DNA of 36,521 nt from a virus (Duplodnaviria > Heunggongvirae > Uroviricota > Caudoviricetes), in IMG/VR virus record IMGVR_UViG_2778261065_000031, positions 1-36,521 of that record; one strand, written 5' to 3'. Both the position numbers and the translations under genes were made by a program. The notes beneath the pieces were generated by a model. The model was not told the origin of the DNA and ran no database searches. It saw only the letters and a list, made by a program, of their open reading frames with translations. The stretch's first letter is position 1. The number at the start of each line of letters is the position of its first letter. Shown piece after piece: positions 29,669-36,521 of this stretch.

Positions 29669-30134
29669 AATAGCCAATGAATACGCAAAGCTGATGGATT
29701 CAGATTTAGAGCCAGAGATGATTGCTGACACAATAGAAGGAATGGAAGGAGAATTTACCGATAAAATAGAGCAACTTCTTGCCATTATTAAAAATGAATC
29801 TGGTTATGCTGAACGCCTCAAGGACGAGGCAAAGTCACTAAATGAGAGAGCCGCAGTAATTCAAAATAAGATTGACAGCATTATGGCGTATATAGCGTCA
29901 TCGCTTGAAATGGTTGGCAAGAAAAAGATTCGAGCAGGTATTCACCAGGTAACAATTCGCAAACCGTCAGAAATTGTAGAAATAATCGACTCAAGCGCCC
30001 TTCCTCCTGAATACGTTGAGTTTGAAACGACAATTAAAGCCGACAAACTGGCAATCAAACACCAGCTAAAAGCAGGAATAAATATCCCCGGCGCTCAACT
30101 CAAAGTTGGGAAACCTTCACTTCTTATCAAATAA
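29652..30134 (+). CDS. Gp157-family protein (RecT-associated); GTG start
   Basis: GGAGG SD 6 nt upstream of GTG at 29652; family assignment by recall. Confidence 0.55.
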   Translation: MSKLYEIANEYAKLMDSDLEPEMIADTIEGMEGEFTDKIEQLLAIIKNESGYAERLKDEAKSLNERAAVIQNKIDSIMAYIASSLEMVGKKKIRAGIHQVTIRKPSEIVEIIDSSALPPEYVEFETTIKADKLAIKHQLKAGINIPGAQLKVGKPSLLIK

Positions 30135-30145
30135 CGGTATCGCCT

Positions 30146-30460
30146 ATGAAAAAGACTCCATGGGAGAAATGGGAAGTCGATTTCTTGCGCGAAGTGGCGG
30201 CGACAATGCCAGTTGAAGTTATCGCTGAAAAACTGGAAAGGACTGAAAAAGCAGTTATGGCGAAAGCAACAAGGATTGGCGCTGACATTGTTAGCCGACT
30301 TCGTGGAAGACGCTGGACAAGAGCCGAAGTATCACTTTTCGGTAAGTTCTCCGCAGAAGAAATAGCAATTGCAACCTGCCGCTCAATTTATTCAGTAAGA
30401 GCTATGCGATACAAGCTAAAAAAACTCAATGAAGAAAGAGCAGGCATACGAATAAATTAA
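30146..30460 (+). CDS. Hypothetical basic protein (104 aa)
   Basis: ORF in co-directional early-left array; no family recognised. Confidence 0.5.
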   Translation: MKKTPWEKWEVDFLREVAATMPVEVIAEKLERTEKAVMAKATRIGADIVSRLRGRRWTRAEVSLFGKFSAEEIAIATCRSIYSVRAMRYKLKKLNEERAGIRIN

Positions 30461-30476
30461 CATGGAGTAATTAACA

Positions 30477-30758
30477 ATGAAGCTAAACATCGACCTTGGA
30501 AAATACGTTATTACCGGAACCAAACACGACCTGATTCTTAGCGAAAGAGGAATTATCAAAGAAGGTGAGAATGCAGGGAAAGAAACACTAAGCCGTATCG
30601 GTTATTACAGCAAGTTTGAGCATCTGGTTAAAGAGTTATGCAACCGTGAAATTCTGTTATCTCAAGCGCGGACGCTACAGGATATTCAGCAGCATATCGA
30701 GACTTTAGGTGTGTCACTTAGCATGGCCGTTGACCAGTTCGTGGAGAGTAAATCATGA
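30477..30758 (+). CDS. Hypothetical protein (93 aa)
   Basis: ORF; ATGA overlap with the next small ORF. Confidence 0.5.
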   Translation: MKLNIDLGKYVITGTKHDLILSERGIIKEGENAGKETLSRIGYYSKFEHLVKELCNREILLSQARTLQDIQQHIETLGVSLSMAVDQFVESKS

Positions 30759-30922
30759 GAGGACTTGCATACAATCCCGGCATTCTTCCGGCAGAAATGA
30801 TTATTAGCCAACGCGTAAAGCCAATGCCATCGAGAGAGGAATTGCTTAAGAGAAATTCTTTTCCATCAGTGAATCAAAACAAATATCTGAATGCGATGTG
30901 GCGCAAAGGAGGCAACCAGTGA
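30755..30922 (+). CDS. Small hypothetical protein (55 aa) ending RKGGNQ
   Basis: Below track cutoff; translationally coupled at both ends; C-terminus shared with the 31560 gene. Confidence 0.35.
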   Translation: MRGLAYNPGILPAEMIISQRVKPMPSREELLKRNSFPSVNQNKYLNAMWRKGGNQ

Positions 30923-31563
30923 GTAACCGTTTTTACATGATGTGCTTGCGTGAAACTGTGGGTAATAACGCCTCATTCCATTGCCATAACGGCAATGGTT
31001 ACAGTTCTGATATCGATCGAGCACATGTTTACACGCAGGAAGAAGCCCAAAAAGCCTGGAATTGTGGTCGAGATATCGATCAGCCTGTTTGCGCTGATAG
31101 CGTGGATGCAATGGCTGTGTGGCACGTTGATTGCCAGTACATCCCTACAGAAAGCCTGATTGAGTCAGATTGCACTGCGTATGTGGCCTACAAAAAAGGT
31201 TGCTGGAATGGCAACGATGTTTACTGGCTTCAACACGGTGGATTGCCAACCGATGACTTCAGTAAAGCAACCATCTTTAGCGTCGCCAACAAAAACGAAC
31301 CAGGAATAGTTTGGTTGCCATTTTCCATTGCCGGTGCAGCAAAGCGGCGGACGTTCAATATCAATAATTTTAACCGCAGAACAATGGTTCAGGGCGCAGG
31401 TTTGATCATGCCTGACTGGTTGAAAAAGCAAAACAGAAGAAAGAAGTCACGAAGCGGGAAGGTGCGCTGGAATTGTCCGCATTGCGGAAAAATCACCTGG
31501 CAGTACAGCCCATATGATTTTGAAGGCTGTAGTGATTACAACTGTGAAGGATGGCGAGAATGA
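30919..31563 (+). CDS. Cysteine-rich protein with C-terminal zinc-ribbon-like motif (GTG start)
   Basis: AAGGAGG SD then GTG at 30919; [11 protein letters not shown]...CSDYNCEGW. Confidence 0.5.
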   Translation: MSNRFYMMCLRETVGNNASFHCHNGNGYSSDIDRAHVYTQEEAQKAWNCGRDIDQPVCADSVDAMAVWHVDCQYIPTESLIESDCTAYVAYKKGCWNGNDVYWLQHGGLPTDDFSKATIFSVANKNEPGIVWLPFSIAGAAKRRTFNINNFNRRTMVQGAGLIMPDWLKKQNRRKKSRSGKVRWNCPHCGKITWQYSPYDFEGCSDYNCEGWRE

Positions 31564-32252
31564 CAATTGACTATCAGGTACTGCGTGAGGCGGCAGAAAA
31601 GGCAACACCAGACGAATGGGTCGCATTTATTTCGACGGATACTGGTACTTATGCGGTGCACACGCCCGGTGATGAACGATGTGAAGACGTTATCAAATGG
31701 ACAGGCTTTGATGGACAGAAAAATGCAGAGAACAACGCTCGTCATGTTGCCGCGTTCAACCCAAAGGTTGCACTGGAGCTGCTTGGTGAAATTAAGTGCT
31801 TGGAGGACACAAATATTGATGCCACGTGCCGAATTTCAGAGCTTGAGACTAATCTCGCTGCGCTGGTGGCAGAGAACGCTGGGCTGAAACACGCAATGGC
31901 CGTAACTCTTGAGCATGTGTCGGTCACGGATGCAGGGCAGGCCGGAGTTGCTGCAATGATTATCAACGATGCCCTGCACCACAGCGAAACTCCAGCTACC
32001 GATGCTTTTCTAGCTGAAGTGAAGACTGAAGCACGCAAGGAAGGCGCTTATTTTGTGGCGAACAGAATGCTGGCTGCCTGGGAAGCTGGTTTTATTGATG
32101 ATACTGCGAAGAACGCCGCGGATATTGCCCGGATGATTCTTACCTCTACTGAGTTTATGGCTAATGCGCCGGAAGGCGATTTTGACCGCTCATTCTCTGA
32201 TGGCGTTCTCGAAGATATCGCCGCCCAGCTTCGCAAAGGAGGCAACCAGTGA
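31560..32252 (+). CDS. Ea22-like family protein (paralog 1), tentative
   Basis: N-terminal [17 protein letters not shown] and FNPKVALELLGEIK shared with the next gene; ATGA overlap upstream. Confidence 0.45.
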   Translation: MTIDYQVLREAAEKATPDEWVAFISTDTGTYAVHTPGDERCEDVIKWTGFDGQKNAENNARHVAAFNPKVALELLGEIKCLEDTNIDATCRISELETNLAALVAENAGLKHAMAVTLEHVSVTDAGQAGVAAMIINDALHHSETPATDAFLAEVKTEARKEGAYFVANRMLAAWEAGFIDDTAKNAADIARMILTSTEFMANAPEGDFDRSFSDGVLEDIAAQLRKGGNQ

Positions 32253-32956
32253 GCAAGATTGATTATCAAAAGCTTCGTAAAATCGCTGAAAAAACAAAAA
32301 TTGCTGGTGAAGCACCTGTAATGCCTTTCGATCAGCGAATTAATGCGCTTAACGATTTTATGAAGCACTTTTCGCCAGATATCGCGCTGGCATTGTTGGA
32401 TGAACGGGAAAGAAACCAGCAATACATCAAATCACGCGACCAGGAGAACGAGGATATTGCGCTAACGGTAGGGAAGCTGAGAGTTGAGCTTGAGGAAGTA
32501 AAACAACACGCTGAAGAATTATCCGAAACCAAGGCTGTTCGTAACCAATGGCGGCCAGATATTTGCCCAATAACCGGACGTGCATTTTTCATGTGGATTG
32601 AGCATCCAACATTGGGAAATGTGCCGACATATGGTGGCCCATTAGATAGTTACACCATTCCAACAAAGGACGGTGACGGTGAGTTTTCATGTGAGCGTTA
32701 CGATCATGATTTTGGCGGTTGGGTAGAAAGCGAATGTCTTGGGTTATATCTGATTGATGATAGAGAACAATGCAGGGTCTACGAACTGGAGGAACGCGTT
32801 AAGGAACTGGATGCTCGGGAAATATCGCTCCCGGAACGTAGCAGCATGCTTCATCGAACAGATTTTAACGAGGATTACCACACGGTAATGGCATACAAAG
32901 TTTCTGAAGTCATCGCTGCAATCCGCGCTGCTGGTATTCGCATCAAAGGAGATTGA
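32249..32956 (+). CDS. Ea22-like family protein (paralog 2), tentative; GTG start
   Basis: N-terminal MSKIDYQKLRKIAEK and FSPDIALALLDERE; preceded by the same 22-bp junction as the 30919 gene. Confidence 0.45.
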   Translation: MSKIDYQKLRKIAEKTKIAGEAPVMPFDQRINALNDFMKHFSPDIALALLDERERNQQYIKSRDQENEDIALTVGKLRVELEEVKQHAEELSETKAVRNQWRPDICPITGRAFFMWIEHPTLGNVPTYGGPLDSYTIPTKDGDGEFSCERYDHDFGGWVESECLGLYLIDDREQCRVYELEERVKELDAREISLPERSSMLHRTDFNEDYHTVMAYKVSEVIAAIRAAGIRIKGD

Positions 32957-32957
32957 G

Positions 32958-33473
32958 ATGGCGTTAACACACCGCGAACTCTGTCAGATTGCGTACAAGT
33001 TCCTTAAGCGCAACGGGTTCAAGGTTTGCTTTCATGACCGCTTTATAGCTGTAACCAGTACCGGAGAACAGCCAGATGCTATGGGATTCAGAAATTCAGC
33101 ATCATGCCTGATAGAGGCGAAGTGTTCTCGTGCTGACTTGTTGGCAGATAGAAAAAAGCGTTTTCGTAAAAATCCGTCTCTTGGAATGGGCGACTGGCGA
33201 TTCTTTATTAGTGAGCCGGGAATTATTTCAATTGAGGATTTACCACCTGGCTGGGGATTACTTCACGTTGTTAACGGAAGAGTACGGAAAGTACATGGGT
33301 GGCCCAGGGGTAATTGCTGTTGGGGTAATCCTGACGATAAGCCATTTACTGGAAATAAGCAGGTTGAATGCGATTACATGTTATCTGCATTAAGGCGCAT
33401 GGAGTTGAGAGGGCACCTTAATGAAATATATGACGGTGTAATTGTTAATAAGAAAGAAGGAAACGCGGCATGA
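32958..33473 (+). CDS. Putative PD-(D/E)xK-fold nuclease (171 aa)
   Basis: Candidate motif GEQPDAMGF...CLIEAKCS (PD ... EAK); 4-nt overlap with the DUF551 gene. Confidence 0.45.
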   Translation: MALTHRELCQIAYKFLKRNGFKVCFHDRFIAVTSTGEQPDAMGFRNSASCLIEAKCSRADLLADRKKRFRKNPSLGMGDWRFFISEPGIISIEDLPPGWGLLHVVNGRVRKVHGWPRGNCCWGNPDDKPFTGNKQVECDYMLSALRRMELRGHLNEIYDGVIVNKKEGNAA

Positions 33474-34189
33474 TCACTATTACCAAAGAGCGACTACTGA
33501 CAATCAAGCAGTGGCGCGAAACATACGGACCTGGTAGCAACGTTGTACTGCCAGCAGAAGAAGCGGAAGAACTGGCACGAATTGCTCTGGCATCACTGGA
33601 AGCAGAACCAGTTGCTTATATTTTCAAACATCCGGCCGGGAAATTATTCTGGGCTTTAACGGATGAAAGCAATAAAGAGCAAGCGGACGTTATTCCTGTT
33701 TATGCTGCCGCGCCTGCGTCGGTTGTGCCGGATGATGCATCAGGGTCGCTTGCTTATGCTTACAAAGAGCTTACGCCTGAGATTATGCGCGGTCATATCG
33801 CTGTATTCGAGCGATATGGAATAGCCCCAAACGATAGCATTACCACAATTCAGGCACTGCGAATCGCGCTGGATGGCATAGAGCGGAGCGACGCCATGCT
33901 TCATGGTGCCGAACCCGTAAGCCAAACTTACAAGTTGAACGAGCTATCTGGCAACTATCCGGCAACTCCGGATAGTTGGATAAGCTGTAGTGAGCGAATG
34001 CCGGAAAAGAACAAGAACGTGCTTATTTCGGTGAATTTCGACAGCTCTCTGGTTGAACCGCTAATATGCTCCGCACGCTATACCGGAAGCACATTCCGGC
34101 GAGGAGAAGCAACGATTAAGCCGGGTAATGGTATTGAGCAGGCAACTCACTGGATGCCGCTACCGGAACCGCCGCAGGAGGCGAAATGA
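33470..34189 (+). CDS. DUF551 domain protein
   Basis: C-terminal WISCSERMPEKNKNVLIS...THWMPLPEPP typical of DUF551 by recall. Confidence 0.6.
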   Translation: MITITKERLLTIKQWRETYGPGSNVVLPAEEAEELARIALASLEAEPVAYIFKHPAGKLFWALTDESNKEQADVIPVYAAAPASVVPDDASGSLAYAYKELTPEIMRGHIAVFERYGIAPNDSITTIQALRIALDGIERSDAMLHGAEPVSQTYKLNELSGNYPATPDSWISCSERMPEKNKNVLISVNFDSSLVEPLICSARYTGSTFRRGEATIKPGNGIEQATHWMPLPEPPQEAK

Positions 34190-34446
34190 TGGATGTTCAA
34201 GAGAAGGTTTTGCAGGTGATGCGTTCCCGTGCAGCCCTGCAAGAGAAAGTTCTCGGCGGGGAATATCCATTCAGGATGGCAACCTGGAGTCTGCGGTTGG
34301 CAATGGAGAAGGAATTTCCTGATGAAGAATGGCGTTCGGCAGATTTGCGCAAAACTCTTATGGAGATGGCTAAAGACGGAACAGTATCCAAAGATACCTA
34401 TGCCAGCCGGATTGGTCAGGCGGTATGGAGACTGGAGGTGAGGTAA
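34186..34446 (+). CDS. Hypothetical protein (86 aa)
   Basis: ORF; TAATG overlap with the downstream gene. Confidence 0.45.
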   Translation: MMDVQEKVLQVMRSRAALQEKVLGGEYPFRMATWSLRLAMEKEFPDEEWRSADLRKTLMEMAKDGTVSKDTYASRIGQAVWRLEVR

Positions 34447-34730
34447 TGGCTAACCTGCAACTTGCCGTAAAAGGTGAATACTTCGATGCCATGATTCGTG
34501 GAGAGAAAACGGAAGAGTATCGCTTGTGTAATGACTACTGGAATAAGCGAATTATGTTCAGGGAGTATGACCGCCTGATTATCACAAAGGGATATCCGAA
34601 GCGCGACGATTCCAGCCGTAGAATTGATGTTCCGTATGACGGATATGAAATCAAGACAATCACACATCCACACTTCGGTGATAAACCGGTAAAGGTGTTC
34701 GCGATAAAGGTGAATATCGGCAATGAATAA
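34446..34730 (+). CDS. ASCH-like (DUF3850-type) small protein
   Basis: From MANLQLAVKGEYFDAMIRGEKTEEYR; pattern fits ASCH/PUA-like phage proteins by recall; GGAGGTGAGG SD. Confidence 0.5.
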   Translation: MANLQLAVKGEYFDAMIRGEKTEEYRLCNDYWNKRIMFREYDRLIITKGYPKRDDSSRRIDVPYDGYEIKTITHPHFGDKPVKVFAIKVNIGNE

Positions 34731-34802
34731 CAATCCTCGAACTCGCGGGGATTTCTTTTATCTGAACTCACTACGGCGGGTTTTGTTTTATGGAGACAAG
34801 AA

Positions 34803-35147
34803 ATGTCAGATTTGGCTATGAAGGTTTTGAAATGGCAATCGACTGGCGATGTTGGCATCAGTAGCGCAACTCTTGCCTCAATCGCATGTGGACTGAAAAA
34901 GAATATCTATGGTCATCACTTCGGCGCTCCCCATGACGCAGCCGATTTCAGACGATGCGTTGCACTTGTTGAGCAGATTCCAGAAATCAGAGATTCATTC
35001 AACAAGGTTGCAAAGCGCGTTCCGGCATTCAAAGGAATCCTCAACGAATGGGATTCCCTCGTTGCTCTGTTGAAGTCTGAAATGAAGATACACGGAAACA
35101 AAGCACCAGAGACTTACAGAAGAATCAGCGAGCTACGCAAGGACTAA
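34803..35147 (+). CDS. Hypothetical protein (114 aa)
   Basis: ORF upstream of xis; no family recognised. Confidence 0.45.
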   Translation: MSDLAMKVLKWQSTGDVGISSATLASIACGLKKNIYGHHFGAPHDAADFRRCVALVEQIPEIRDSFNKVAKRVPAFKGILNEWDSLVALLKSEMKIHGNKAPETYRRISELRKD

Positions 35148-35251
35148 CCATGAAATAACACCGCCGGCCTGTTCATTGCTCAATGATATCCAGACCTACC
35201 ATCGCCGCATCAATGCGGCTTTTTCTTGCGTGTAATTGCGGAGACTTTGCG

Positions 35252-35470
35252 ATGTACTTAACACTTCAGGAGTGGAACGCACGCCAGCGACGTCCAAGAA
35301 GTCTTGAAACAGTTCGTCGATGGGTGCGCGAATGCAGGATATTCCCTCCTCCGGTTAAGGATGGAAGAGAGTATCTGTTCCACGAATCAGCGGTAAAGGT
35401 TGACTTAAATCGACCAGTAACAGGTAGCCTTTTGAAGAGGATCAGAAATGGGAAGAAGGCGAAGTCATGA
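35252..35470 (+). CDS. xis: Excisionase Xis; track ORF trimmed to internal ATG
   Basis: From MYLTLQEWNARQRRPRSLETVRRWVRECRIFPPPVKDGREYLF essentially identical to lambda Xis (72 aa). Confidence 0.92.
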   Translation: MYLTLQEWNARQRRPRSLETVRRWVRECRIFPPPVKDGREYLFHESAVKVDLNRPVTGSLLKRIRNGKKAKS

Positions 35471-36521
35471 GCGCCGGGATTTACCCCCTAACCTTTATAT
35501 AAGAAACAATGGATATTACTGCTACAGGGACCCAAGGACGGGTAAAGAGTTCGGATTAGGCAGAGACAGAAGGATAGCAGTTTCAGAGGCTATTCAGGCC
35601 AATATTGAGTTGCTATCCGAGAACAGGCGTGAGTCACTGATAGACAGAATTAAAGGCGCTGACGTAATCACTCTTCATGTGTGGCTTGACCGATATGAAA
35701 CAATCCTCAGCGAGAGGGGTGTCAGGCCGAAAACTCTACTCGACTACGCCAGCAAAATCAGGGCAATCCGAAGAAAATTGCCGGACAAACCGCTCGCTGA
35801 CATATCAACGAAAGAGGTGGCAACAATGCTAAACACCTACGTAGCAGAAGGTAAAGCGGCCTCCGCAAAATTAATCAGATCAACCCTTGTTGACGTTTTT
35901 CGTGAAGCAATAGCCGAGGGGCATGTGGCAACGAATCCGGTAACAGCAACCCGTACAGCAAAGTCAGAAGTAAGGCGCTCAAGGCTGACAGCTAATGAGT
36001 ATGTCGAGATTTACCATGCAGCCGAACCTCTCCCTATCTGGCTAAGGCTGGCGATGGATTTGGCCGTCGTTACAGGGCAGAGAGTCGGCGATTTGTGCAG
36101 AATGAAATGGTCAGACATAAACGACAACCATCTTCACATTGAACAGAGTAAAACAGGGGCTAAACTCGCCATTCCGCTAACGCTAACGATTGACGCGCTC
36201 AATATCTCATTGGCTGATACACTACAGAAATGCAGGGAGGCCAGCAGCAGTGAAACAATAATCGCATCAAAGCATCACGATCCGCTTTCCCCGAAAACAG
36301 TATCGAAGTATTTTACAAAGGCGAGAAATGCATCAGGACTCTCATTTGATGGAGACCCGCCAACATTCCATGAACTGCGTAGCCTGTCGGCGAGGCTATA
36401 CCGGAACCAGATTGGCGATAAGTTTGCTCAACGTCTTCTCGGGCATAAATCAGATTCAATGGCGGCGCGGTATAGGGACAGCCGTGGACGGGAATGGGAC
36501 AAAATTGAAATCGACAAATGA
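35448..36521 (+). CDS. int: Tyrosine integrase (lambda Int family)
   Basis: 357 aa; MGRRRSHERRDLPPNLYIRNNGYYCYRDPRTGKEFGLGRDRRIA and C-terminal HELRSLSARLY...LLGHKSD match lambda Int; 23-nt overlap with xis. Confidence 0.97.
   Translation: MGRRRSHERRDLPPNLYIRNNGYYCYRDPRTGKEFGLGRDRRIAVSEAIQANIELLSENRRESLIDRIKGADVITLHVWLDRYETILSERGVRPKTLLDYASKIRAIRRKLPDKPLADISTKEVATMLNTYVAEGKAASAKLIRSTLVDVFREAIAEGHVATNPVTATRTAKSEVRRSRLTANEYVEIYHAAEPLPIWLRLAMDLAVVTGQRVGDLCRMKWSDINDNHLHIEQSKTGAKLAIPLTLTIDALNISLADTLQKCREASSSETIIASKHHDPLSPKTVSKYFTKARNASGLSFDGDPPTFHELRSLSARLYRNQIGDKFAQRLLGHKSDSMAARYRDSRGREWDKIEIDK

Noticed and set aside
29441-29785. Minus-strand ORFs inside plus-strand early genes (29441..29785, 31165..31431, 31742..32038, 32048..32422, 34416..34858)
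   Set aside because: Antisense to co-directional, translationally coupled genes; low-complexity translations.
30146-30758. Toxin-antitoxin pair formed by the 104-aa and 93-aa genes
   Set aside because: Only size and adjacency suggest it; no recognisable toxin or antitoxin fold or motif.
36400-36521. attL/attR core repeats
   Set aside because: Window ends at the int stop and begins at the tailspike stop; att sites are expected outside, and I found no long direct repeat at the two ends.

Overview
The window is almost entirely one P22-like (HK620/Sf6-type) lambdoid prophage of an enterobacterium, running from the tailspike stop (nt 1-3) to the integrase stop (36519-36521), so both att sites lie outside it. 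The late operon is on the minus strand (S-R-Rz/Rz1 lysis, terminase small/large, portal, scaffold, coat, gp4/gp10/gp26 plug, gp14, gp7/gp20/gp16 ejection proteins, tailspike); the nin region, Q, replication genes, cII and cro are also minus; cI, N, ral, cIII, kil, RecT and a block of accessory genes, xis and int are plus. Several modules match phage lambda almost exactly from memory (Q, S, R, Rz, Ral, Xis, Int, cI C-terminal domain), while the structural genes and immunity specificity are not lambda-like, so the element is a mosaic. Most worth follow-up: an immunity region with a hybrid cI and a candidate operator dyad AGTAC-N5-GTACT, a (CTGGTT)n microsatellite encoding an (EP)n linker, an intrinsic terminator directly after the coat gene, ori iterons inside the O-like gene, a P22-type pac site in terS, an orphan N6-adenine methyltransferase, and an unclassified accessory block between RecT and xis (30146-35147). 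I found no CRISPR array, tRNA or rRNA gene, and no recognisable complete defence system; the accessory block is the best candidate for undescribed function but that is unproven. All homology statements are recalled, not searched; coordinates of internal starts and regulatory sites were derived by hand.
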